Below are positions 20,799-29,665 of a DNA stretch of 64,000 bases, in pieces. This stretch comes from Candidatus Poribacteria bacterium (GTDB lineage: Bacteria; Poribacteria; WGA-4E; WGA-3G): positions 5,248,001-5,312,000 of the forward strand of contig OZ251518.1 of NCBI GenBank assembly GCA_965242965.1, read 5' to 3'. Below the pieces are notes generated by a model. It searched no databases and was not told where the DNA came from. It worked only from the letters and a program-made list of their open reading frames with translations. Positions within the stretch are counted from its first letter, which is position 1. Every line of letters starts with the position of its first letter. A program made the position numbers and the translations under genes.

Positions 20799-21452
20799 TT
20801 GAAAACAGTAAAAACGCTTTTCATTTTCGCATCAGTCGTCCTCATCGGTATTGCCTTGGGCGGCTGTGATGAGGCACAGCAAATGGTCCCGCCCACCGTT
20901 GAGGACACAACTACGCCGCCTGTCGAACCACCTGCACCTGTGGAACCCCCGGCGGACGGCGGCGAGGAGACAACGATGCCAACCGTCGAACCACCGCCCA
21001 TGGACGACAATGGCGGTGGGGAGACAACGATGCCACCTGTTGCACCGCCTCCCGTAGTTCCCGAGGGCCCTGTTGTCAGCATCATGCCCGCATCGGTGAC
21101 ATCTCCTTCTGTCGGCGAGCAACTGGTAGTGGAAATTCAGGTTGCAGGCGCGGAAAACGTTTTCGGCTATGAACTCACACTGAGGTTTGATGCCGCCGCG
21201 CTCCGCTATGTTGAGAGTGCAAACGGTGACTATCTGCCAGGGGCATTTTTCGTACCATCGCTGAAAAATGACAACGAGATCGCAATTTACGCTTCGGGCG
21301 CGGGGACCAAAGCCAGCGGCACGCTAGCCACGGTGACGTTTGAAGTCGTCTCACGCCAAGTTTCCACGCTGACGCTCGCTAATGTGCTACTCAGTGATGC
21401 CGACGGTGTCAATTCCGAGCCGCACGTCGTCAACGCGGAGATAAGCGAATAA
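20799..21452 (+). CDS. Lipoprotein with Pro/Thr-rich linker and C-terminal cohesin domain
   Basis: Lipobox ALGGC, PPVEPP linker, GYELTLRFDAAALRYV...SGTLATVTFEV. Confidence 0.8.
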   Translation: MKTVKTLFIFASVVLIGIALGGCDEAQQMVPPTVEDTTTPPVEPPAPVEPPADGGEETTMPTVEPPPMDDNGGGETTMPPVAPPPVVPEGPVVSIMPASVTSPSVGEQLVVEIQVAGAENVFGYELTLRFDAAALRYVESANGDYLPGAFFVPSLKNDNEIAIYASGAGTKASGTLATVTFEVVSRQVSTLTLANVLLSDADGVNSEPHVVNAEISE

Positions 21453-21477
21453 CGGTGACAGGAAACGGTTCTCTCAC

Positions 21478-21770
21478 CGTAGGGCGAGGGCCTATCCCCG
21501 CCATGCACCGATCGCGGGGGACAGGCCCCCGCGCTACGGTATGCAAGGCTGCCTCCGTTTCACCGTAGGGCTTGGGCCCTCGCATGCCACACGCGCATGC
21601 GAGCGGGTTTCCCTCGCCAAGCAACGATCGCGGGGGACAGGCCCCCGCGCTACGCGAAGGGCCGCAGCTCACGGGGACAGGCCCCCGCACTACGGTAGCA
21701 TCGGCGTTTTCCCGATGCCCAGAACCTACAATAAACGCTCACGGGGGATAAGCCCCCACATGACGAAAAA
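21478..21770. repeat. REP cluster
   Basis: GTAG-REP hairpins in inverted pairs. Confidence 0.85.
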
Positions 21771-21784
21771 AAGGAGTATCTCTC

Positions 21785-23242
21785 ATGAAAAATCGAACAC
21801 GTCTCTTGTATTTTTTAACCATTATCTTATGCCTCGGCGCAACAGCAATGAGTTACGGACGAGCTGTTGTCTCCGTAAGTCCCTCTCCCGTTGCATCGCC
21901 GGCAGCAGGAAGCACGCTGAAAGTCAACATTCAAATCAGCAGCGGCAGCGGGATTGCAGGGTATGAACTCACCGTAGAGTTTGATACGTCGGCGTTGACG
22001 TATGTCTCTGCCGCGAACGCGACATATCTCCCATCCGGTGCCTTTGCCCCGAGCCCTGCGGTGTCAGGGAACCGCGTGACGCTTACGGCGGCAGCCGCGA
22101 GTGCAGCAACGAAAAGGAGTGGCACCCTCGCTACAGTCACGTTCCGTGTGGTTGCCGCCAAAGCGTCAACGCTGCGCCTTCGGGACGTTGTTTTGTCCGA
22201 CGTGGCCGGAAAAAACTTAGCCTTCAGCACCAGGAACGGACAGGTAGTTAAAAGCAGTGGGGCAGCCTACGATGTGAATCAGGATGGAAAGGTCAACGTC
22301 AGCGACTTAGTCCTCGTCTCACGCAACCTCGGTTCGCGTTCGCCTTCCAACCCGCGAGCCGATGTGAATGGGGATGGACAAGTCAACGTCAGTGACTTAG
22401 TCCTCGTCTCGCGCAACCTCGGTAAGACGGTCGACCCCGGCACCACGCCACCTCCCGTAGTCACAGAGCCTACGCCACCCGAAGGCATGGTGTTCATCCC
22501 CGCAGGACAATTCCAAATGGGCAGCATCGACGATGAAGCACAAAATGATGAACAGCCCGTGCATACCGTCCACATCGACGCATTCTTCATGGACGAACAT
22601 GAAGTCACCAACTTGGAATACAAGGAATTCCTCCTTGAAAATCCACGCTGGCAAAAGAGCCGTATCGATAAGCGATTCCACAACGGCAACTACCTTAAAC
22701 ACTGGAGTGGCAATAACTACCCCTCCGGGAAAGCGAACCATCCGGTGACGTATGTGAGTTGGTATGCTGCCATGGCGTATGCAGAATGGGCAGGGAAACG
22801 GTTGCCGACAGAGGCAGAATGGGAATACGCCGCACGCGGCGGGCTTGCAGGAATGAAGTATCCCTCAGGGAATACGATTTCCACCCGCCAGGCCAACTAC
22901 AATAGGCATGTCGGGGACACTACAGCTGTCGGACGTTATGCGGCGAACGACTACGGGCTCTACGATATGGCAGGGAATGTGTGGGAATGGTGTCTTGATG
23001 AATATGATGCCGATTTCTACTTTGTTTCTCGCAACAGTCGGAATCCGATTTCGGGTGCGCGGACGATCCAATGGGTACTTGATAACTTCGCGAGTATCCC
23101 GACCAACACCTCGCGCGTGTTGCGCGGCGGCAGTTGGTTCAATACAGCGCGGCTTTTGCGCGTCGCCGATCGCGCCTACACTACGCCAACGGGCACGAAC
23201 GACTACATCGGTTTTCGTTGCGCGAGGGCTGTTACTCCCTGA
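21785..23242 (+). CDS. Cohesin + dockerin + FGE-sulfatase (CLec-fold) protein, putative DGR target
   Basis: Signal peptide; cohesin; two D.N.DG.VNVSDLVLV dockerin loops; EVTN, RLPTEAEWEYAARGG, GLYDMAGNVWEW and RVLRGGSW...IGFRC motifs. Confidence 0.88.
   Translation: MKNRTRLLYFLTIILCLGATAMSYGRAVVSVSPSPVASPAAGSTLKVNIQISSGSGIAGYELTVEFDTSALTYVSAANATYLPSGAFAPSPAVSGNRVTLTAAAASAATKRSGTLATVTFRVVAAKASTLRLRDVVLSDVAGKNLAFSTRNGQVVKSSGAAYDVNQDGKVNVSDLVLVSRNLGSRSPSNPRADVNGDGQVNVSDLVLVSRNLGKTVDPGTTPPPVVTEPTPPEGMVFIPAGQFQMGSIDDEAQNDEQPVHTVHIDAFFMDEHEVTNLEYKEFLLENPRWQKSRIDKRFHNGNYLKHWSGNNYPSGKANHPVTYVSWYAAMAYAEWAGKRLPTEAEWEYAARGGLAGMKYPSGNTISTRQANYNRHVGDTTAVGRYAANDYGLYDMAGNVWEWCLDEYDADFYFVSRNSRNPISGARTIQWVLDNFASIPTNTSRVLRGGSWFNTARLLRVADRAYTTPTGTNDYIGFRCARAVTP
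23111..23230 (+). other. Putative DGR variable region (VR)
   Basis: NNY codons (TTC, AAT, CTT, GAT, GCC, TAC, ACT, GGC, AAC, GAC, TAC) at the positions where CLec-target templates typically carry AAY. Confidence 0.65.
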
Positions 23243-23262
23243 CTCTTAACTCCCTTACCCCT

Positions 23263-23284
23263 TCTGATCGGTTTACCGATCAGA
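23263..23284. promoter_or_regulatory. Perfect hairpin after VR (DGR cis-acting hairpin candidate)
   Basis: TCTGATCGG-TTTA-CCGATCAGA, 20 nt after the stop; a second hairpin GGCGAGAAACC...GGTTTCTCGCC lies at 23358-23391. Confidence 0.7.
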
Positions 23285-23412
23285 CCGTTATGAAATTGGG
23301 GTACGTACTTAATAGACCTAACGCCCAGGCCGGGGTGTGACTCTCGCGGCAAATTCAGGCGAGAAACCCGCTCAAAACGCGGTTTCTCGCCATGCTGCGC
23401 GCCCAGAATTTT

Positions 23413-23760
23413 ATGACAGAATCAACGCTGACAGCCGTGCCAAAACTCTACGATGTCGTCACGTGGTTAATGGGGCGCGTGGAGAAATTCCCGCGCTCGC
23501 AAAAATTTACGTTGGGTGACAGAATCGTGAATCTCGCGTTGGATATTTTGGAATTGCTTATCGAGGCAACTTATACCCGCGACCGGCTTCCGCTTCTTCG
23601 GCGTGCGAACATTCAATTAGAGAAACTTCGCTATCTCATCCGTTTGTCGCATGAATTCAAACTGTTATCAACGAAGCAGTATCGTCATATTTCGGGTGAG
23701 ATTAATGAAGTCGGCAAACGTATCGGGGGTTGGATCAAGAGTCAATCGCGGAGAAAGTAG
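23413..23760 (+). CDS. avd: DGR accessory variability determinant (four-helix bundle)
   Basis: KLYD...VEKFPRSQKFTLGDRI...ANIQLEKLRYLIRLSHE...NEVGKRIGGWIK; basic protein directly after a CLec gene. Confidence 0.88.
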   Translation: MTESTLTAVPKLYDVVTWLMGRVEKFPRSQKFTLGDRIVNLALDILELLIEATYTRDRLPLLRRANIQLEKLRYLIRLSHEFKLLSTKQYRHISGEINEVGKRIGGWIKSQSRRK

Positions 23761-23779
23761 GGCAGCGTAGTCAGGATAT

Positions 23780-25120
23780 CGTAGGGCTTGGGCCCTCGCA
23801 TGCCATACGCGCATGCGAGCGGGTTTCCCTCGCCATCGTTCGCGCAGTCCAACGCTCGCGGGGGACAGGCCCCCGCGCTACGGGCCCTAAAAACGTCCCT
23901 CAAATCGTAGGGCGAGGGCTTGTCCCTCGCCACGCCAATCGTCTGAATCAGGATTTACACGATTATCACGATTAACAAGATTAGGAACTCTAGTCTCCAA
24001 CCGATGCTTAAGGTCCGTAGGACCTTAATGTCTATAGCACCCTGCAATGCGAAGACTCTTAAGGTCTGTAGGACCTTAATGTGCATTCGCGCCGCGTATC
24101 TAGCATCCTATTAAGGACCTAAAGGACCTTGAATACGGTGAAAAGCACGTTTTCTATAGACATTAAGGACCTAAAGGACCTAAAGAGCCGTTTTTTTAAG
24201 AGGTCTCGTCGCCGCGAGAGACATAATCCTGAAAATCCTAGAATCTTGCAAATCCTGATTCAGACAGCTGAGAGATCGCGGGGGACAGGCCCCCGCGCTA
24301 CGGTAAGAAATAGGCAATCGCCGCATGGCACGTAGGGCGAGGGCCTGTCCCTCGCCGTGCCTAAGGTCTGTCAGACCTTAATGTCTATAGCAGCTGCACC
24401 GCAGAGCACCCTAAAGTCCTTTAGGTCCTTAATGTGCCTTGATTCGCTTGGCTGCCATTTCCATTAAGGTCCTAACGGACCTTGAAAACGGTGGCAGATC
24501 TATTTTTCTATAGACATGCAGGACCTAAAGGACCTGAAGAGGCATCCATTGCAAAAAAAATGCTCGCGGCGCGGGAGATGATCTTGTAAATCTTGTAAAT
24601 CCTGCAAATCCTGCTTCAGACAATTAAGATCGCGGGGGACAGGCCCCCGCGCTCCGTCACCTAAAATACCTCTCCTTTACCGTAGGGCGAGGGCCTGTCC
24701 CTCGCCATGCCCCGGTCTGAGCAACAACCATCCGTGTTTTCTGGGTTTCGGGCATTTTTCGCCTAGGTTGAGAGATCGCGGGGGACAGGCCCCCGCGCTA
24801 CGGTATGCAAGGCCGCCTCCGTTTCACCGTAGGGCGAGGGCCTGTCCCTCGCCATGCCAATCGTCTGAAGCAGGATTTACAGGATTATAGGATTTACAAG
24901 ATTAGGGATCCTAGTCTCCAACCGATGCTTTAGGTCCGTAGGACCAAAAGAGGCATCCATTGGAAAAGGAATGCTCGTTGCGCGAGAGATAATCTTTGAA
25001 ATCCTGAAAATCTTGTAAATCCTGCTTCAGAACAGTTAGAGGCACCGCGGGGGACAGGCCCCCGCGCTACGAAAAAAAACGGTTCTTGAGCCATCGCGGG
25101 GGACAGGCCCCCGCACTACG
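23780..25120. repeat. Large mosaic of REP, AGGTCC-palindrome and 9-bp repeats
   Basis: GTAG-REPs, CTATAGACATTAAGGACCTAAAGGACCT modules and AATCCTG/AATCTTG tandems; no credible ORF. Confidence 0.88.
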
Positions 25121-25288
25121 GACGCGCGAACACTTTTTCTCCGCGTGAGTTGCGAGAAACAGACCTCTCTTCCAACAAATATGCAAACGCTGTTTTTTTC
25201 TATGTAAACCAAACCCCACAATTCACGTTAAAACTAACGTTAAAAAATCGCATTCAAAAAGGAGGGCGCGTCTTGAACGCGCTTTTTC

Positions 25289-26449
25289 ATGATACAACAC
25301 TGGACTTTTGACAAGGCAAGGGACAAACCCACTGCCTACATTTACCCTTTACTGATATGTTTGACACTCGCACTGATTTTCCCGGCGATGCTCTGGGCCG
25401 GCCCCGGGCGGACAGGTGCGCAAATCTTGAACCTCGGCGGCGGCGCGCGGGCGAGGGCCCTCGGCGATGCTTTCTCCGCCATTTCCGGTGATGTTACGAC
25501 ATCACTCTGGAATCCGAGCGGTATCGCACAGATGCCGGAGAGCAAACTCCGTTCCGGCCAGAGCGCAGCGCAAGCCTCTATGTTTTATACCGATTACAGC
25601 GCGCCGTTCGGTGAAGCAGGCGAAGGGTTATACTACACCTTTCTCTCCGGCGCGATGCCTCTCGGTGATATGGGGACTATCGGCGCGACACTCCAACTGC
25701 AGGGACAAGGCACGATTGCCGTGACTACCGATTCGCCCGATGTCGTCCGTGAGGAAAGCCTCGGCACGAACTGGGCATTGACGTTCTCTTACGCCGACAG
25801 GATTACCGAAAATCTGGCGGCGGGAATTAGCGGCAAGATGATTCGGATGGTGCTCGGTAGGGAGAACGGGAGTTCTTACGCCGTTGACATGGGGATGCAG
25901 TATCTGCTGCCGGTTGATATGATGCCGATAACCGTCGGCGCAGCGATTCAGAACGTCGGCCCCGGTATTTCGTTTATTGATGAGAATCAGGCTGATCCGT
26001 TGCCGCGCCTCCTCCGCCTCGGCACCTCTATGAGTCTTTTGCGCGCGAAACATCACCACATCCGCTTCGTCAGCGGCATCACGGCGTATATTGATAAACT
26101 TGCCGAAAATGAAGAGGAACTCACCGCAGATTTGGACCGGTTGAACGCCGAACGCGAGGACAAACTGACGCGCGAGCAGCTCCTCTCCGACCGGGGTGTC
26201 GGTATCCGCGCGTTTGAATGGCGACACCTCCAAAAAAACCTCGGCTTAGAATATTGGCTCGGAAACCTGCTGGCACTCCGCGTCGGCTACAAGGCGGAAC
26301 CGGGCATCAACTTGCCCGATCTCACCGACTATTTTACCTACGGCATCGGTATCCAAGTCTACCTTTTCAACCTAGATTTAACTTACGGCCCACGCTTCGG
26401 TCCGAGTCGTGAACGGCTCATTGAGGCGACGGGGATAGTCGTCTTTTAG
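25289..26449 (+). CDS. PorV/PorQ-family outer membrane protein
   Basis: GAQILNLGGGARARALGDAF...WNPSG and YAVDMG motifs, barrel strands, terminal Phe. Confidence 0.82.
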   Translation: MIQHWTFDKARDKPTAYIYPLLICLTLALIFPAMLWAGPGRTGAQILNLGGGARARALGDAFSAISGDVTTSLWNPSGIAQMPESKLRSGQSAAQASMFYTDYSAPFGEAGEGLYYTFLSGAMPLGDMGTIGATLQLQGQGTIAVTTDSPDVVREESLGTNWALTFSYADRITENLAAGISGKMIRMVLGRENGSSYAVDMGMQYLLPVDMMPITVGAAIQNVGPGISFIDENQADPLPRLLRLGTSMSLLRAKHHHIRFVSGITAYIDKLAENEEELTADLDRLNAEREDKLTREQLLSDRGVGIRAFEWRHLQKNLGLEYWLGNLLALRVGYKAEPGINLPDLTDYFTYGIGIQVYLFNLDLTYGPRFGPSRERLIEATGIVVF

Positions 26450-26458
26450 AGGATAAAT

Positions 26459-27220
26459 ATGAAAATCTATACGCGAACCGTGGTCCTTGCGATGGTGTGC
26501 TGTTTGGTATCCGGGGTTTGTCTTGCTACGGATGAAGCGGCTGTAAACGCTCTCAACGGGTTTTATCTTGAGTCTGCGCTGGGGAATCGGACATTGGAGT
26601 CAGCGGATGCGGCGATACCGCTGAAATCGCCGAACGAGGCGTTTCTCTATTCGCTCGTTTTGCCGGGCGCGGGGCAATTTTATACGGGTGCGAAGCGCGG
26701 CTATCTCTACGCCGCCGCCGAGGTAGGGTTGCTCGCCACCTACTTTATCTTGCGCAATAGTGCCGCGAGCACGCGCGATGAATATCGCGATGTCGTCAGG
26801 CAGCACGTTATTTTTGACGGCCCCGGGTCTTTTGATAATTGGGATCTGGTTGAAGATTTCGAGCACGCGACGCAGTATGAAAACTGGAACCATGTCTACG
26901 ATTCTGAAGCGACACGGACGCGGACAGGAAAGTGGTATTGGGAGGACGCGCGGCCTTTTAAAGACGAGGAAGACATCGCTATCGATTTTGACTCGCGCCA
27001 CCGATTGGAGGCGTTCGATCTTCGGCAACAGGCGAATGACAAGTTTGAACTCGCACGCACCTTCCTCGGCATGGCGATTTTGAACCACGTCGTCAGCGCG
27101 ATTGATGCGCGTATCACAACCAAAAGTTGGAATCGGAAGCAGGCGCGGGCGAACTCTCTGGAGATAGGCGTGCAAGCAGGCGCGACGGAAAGCGCGGTAA
27201 TGCTGCGGAAATGGTTCTAG
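26459..27220 (+). CDS. Hypothetical exported/membrane protein
   Basis: Signal peptide; KSP..AFLYSLVLPGAGQFY and NHVVSAIDA motifs. Confidence 0.7.
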   Translation: MKIYTRTVVLAMVCCLVSGVCLATDEAAVNALNGFYLESALGNRTLESADAAIPLKSPNEAFLYSLVLPGAGQFYTGAKRGYLYAAAEVGLLATYFILRNSAASTRDEYRDVVRQHVIFDGPGSFDNWDLVEDFEHATQYENWNHVYDSEATRTRTGKWYWEDARPFKDEEDIAIDFDSRHRLEAFDLRQQANDKFELARTFLGMAILNHVVSAIDARITTKSWNRKQARANSLEIGVQAGATESAVMLRKWF

Positions 27221-27226
27221 TTAGGT

Positions 27227-27487
27227 GAGGGGGTTTCATAAATCGTTTTCCCCGGTAGGAGAGACCTCCCGGTCTCGATGCATCGCGCATGCGCGAGACC
27301 GTAGTTCGGGAGCGCCCGCTCCCGAACGGGTCAAGATCAGGCGATCTTGACCTACAGGGGTGATGCGGGCTGACACCAAAACGCATGGCGAGGGCCTGTC
27401 CCTCGCCCTACGTGAAGGGACGGCGTTTTTTTTCACTGTAGCGCGGGGCCTGTCCCCGCGAAGTTGAGCAATTTATGAAACACCCTC
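27227..27487. mobile_element. TIR-bounded MITE-like element
   Basis: TIRs plus a perfect 8-bp direct repeat AGTTAGGT on both flanks. Confidence 0.88.
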
Positions 27488-27552
27488 AGTTAGGTTCGCA
27501 GCGCGAGGGCTTGTCCCTCACGTCATGCATAACCAAAAGGACAGATACGAAA

Positions 27553-28491
27553 ATGTCTATAGAAACCCCAAAACTTTTAGACGCGTTAAATTCAGTCACC
27601 GCAATTCCTGTTATCCCCTTCAGTGGTAACAAAATTGATTACGCAGGGCACGCGAAAAACGTTGACTATTTAATGCGCAACAACTATCTTGACGCGGGGC
27701 GGCCCCGTGTCATCGCCATCGCCGGCACGAGCCTGATTCATCACATCAGCGAAACAGAGCAACTCCGCCTCGTTGAGAAAACAGGGAAGCAGATAGGAGA
27801 CGATGGCATCCTCATTTCCGGCATTGTGCCAAACCCGATTCACCAAGCCGGGCAGCTGATTGAGGCACAAGCGGAACTGCCGAGGCCGCCAGATGCCTAT
27901 CTGCTGATGCCGCTCACCGGCATATCAAGTCCCGAAGGCATTTATGAGCAGTATATGGCGTTCGGCGAACGTTATGGCGATTCTTGCGGCGCGCGGCTTC
28001 TCTACTATTTCCGGCAGAAGCGCGATCTGGATGCTGTTATCCGATTGCTGAAAGATTCGCCGCACTTCATCGGTGTAAAAATCGGCACGGGTGAAGAGGA
28101 TGTGACACCTCTCGTTGCTGGAGTTGGCGATAGCGGCCTCGTGATGTGGGGTATCGGGGATAGGTGCACGCGCGCAGCGCAGCTCGGCACGAAAGGACAT
28201 ACTTCCGGGATTGCTGTCGCATTCGCGCGCGCATCAGATGAGATTAACAACGCGCAACGCCGCGGCGACTACGAGACATCGGCGCGCATTGAGGCGGACA
28301 TCGCGCCGCTTGAAGAAATTCGTTTCATGAACGAACGCGTCTACAACTATTCGGCGGTAGTAGAGGCGATGCTCTTGAGCGGATTTAGTGATATTGTGGG
28401 TGGTACCGGCGGGCCGTTTAATCCGCGTGTGCCATCTGAAATTCAGGAGCAGGTCCGCGCGGCGACGCGAAATCTGAAGAAATATCATTAA
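27553..28491 (+). CDS. DapA/NanA-like class I aldolase family protein
   Basis: AIPVIPF...IDY, LLYY and FIGVKIG (Schiff-base Lys) motifs. Confidence 0.72.
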   Translation: MSIETPKLLDALNSVTAIPVIPFSGNKIDYAGHAKNVDYLMRNNYLDAGRPRVIAIAGTSLIHHISETEQLRLVEKTGKQIGDDGILISGIVPNPIHQAGQLIEAQAELPRPPDAYLLMPLTGISSPEGIYEQYMAFGERYGDSCGARLLYYFRQKRDLDAVIRLLKDSPHFIGVKIGTGEEDVTPLVAGVGDSGLVMWGIGDRCTRAAQLGTKGHTSGIAVAFARASDEINNAQRRGDYETSARIEADIAPLEEIRFMNERVYNYSAVVEAMLLSGFSDIVGGTGGPFNPRVPSEIQEQVRAATRNLKKYH

Positions 28492-28509
28492 TGCCAAGTT
28501 ACGTTGATT

Positions 28510-28993
28510 GAGAGTATTTCATAAATCGCTCAACGTCGCAGTGACAGGCCTTCGCGCGCCGGTAGGAGAGACCTCCCGGTCTCGATGCTTCCCTTTCCCG
28601 TAGCGCGGGGGCCCTCGGATGCCATACGCGCATCCGAGCGGGTTTCCCCCGCGAGCTCCATCGTCAAGCGGTGGCGTTTTAGGTCCTTTAGGACCTTAAT
28701 GTCTATAGAAAAACGTGTCGTGCAGTTTTTAAGGTCCTTTAGGTCCTTAATAAAACACGCGCGGCCCTGGCAAAACCTATTAAGGACCTAAAGGACCTTA
28801 GCGTTTTTCGCGTCCGCGCGTGCTATAGACATTAAGGACCTAAAGGACCTAAGAATCGTTTTTTCATCGTAGTGCGGGGGACAGGCCCCCGCGAGCGTTG
28901 GATTGCGCGAACGATGGCGAGGGACAGGCCCTCGCCCTACGTGAAGGGGGGGGCGTTTCTTTCGCGACGTTGGGGGATTTATGAAACACCCTC
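28510..28993. mobile_element. TIR-bounded MITE-like element
   Basis: GAGAGTATTTCAT...ATGAAACACCCTC ends; no clear target duplication. Confidence 0.75.
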
Positions 28994-29026
28994 AGGATAT
29001 TTGGAAGTGCGAGAGGGGTTATCACC

Positions 29027-29632
29027 ATGCCGTATAGCCATTTTACGCTAGATACAGTGCGAGACGCATTTCAATTAGAAAGAGTTAACGCCCGGGGTAT
29101 CTTTGCCGACGTTGAACCTATAAAACCCAGTGAACTTCTCACCGCCGTGTTGGCGCGCAGTGTGCCGTTAGCCACCGCTATCGGTACCGAAAAGGCAAAA
29201 TCCGAAATGATTGTAGCGCAGGTTCTCATTGAACTCAGCGAACTTTTAGATAACCGCGTCAGTCTTTTTTCGGGGATTGACTTCAACGTTGATAAAGATT
29301 CCGGCTTGACAGGGGTTGCTGATTTTCTAATTAGCCTCTCCCCGTGGCAATTTTCTTTGGAGGCTCCTGTCATTATCCTTGTTGAGGCGAAGGACGATGA
29401 TTTGGAAATCGGCCTCGGACAATGTGTCGCAGAGATGGTGGCTGCCCAACGTTTTAATGCGGCGCAAGAAAATGACATTCCTCGCATCTACGGTGCCACC
29501 ACGACAGGCGTGATGTGGCGGTTCCTCAAACTAGAGGGACAGACATTCCACGTTGACATGATGCCTTATCCACTAGTGCCGTGCGATAAAATCTTGGGCA
29601 TCCTTGCCAGCATGGTGGAACAAAAGGCGTAA
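29027..29632 (+). CDS. Conserved hypothetical protein with PD-(D/E)xK-like motif
   Basis: GLTGVADFLIS...IILVEAK...GLGQCVAEM...YGATTTG..W.F. Confidence 0.7.
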   Translation: MPYSHFTLDTVRDAFQLERVNARGIFADVEPIKPSELLTAVLARSVPLATAIGTEKAKSEMIVAQVLIELSELLDNRVSLFSGIDFNVDKDSGLTGVADFLISLSPWQFSLEAPVIILVEAKDDDLEIGLGQCVAEMVAAQRFNAAQENDIPRIYGATTTGVMWRFLKLEGQTFHVDMMPYPLVPCDKILGILASMVEQKA

Positions 29633-29665
29633 AACGCCACAGCCTCATAGGAGAGAAATTTCATC

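Noticed and set aside
21785-23242. True formylglycine-generating enzyme
   Set aside because: It lacks the catalytic Cys pair after RGGS, and the avd context favours a CLec binding domain.
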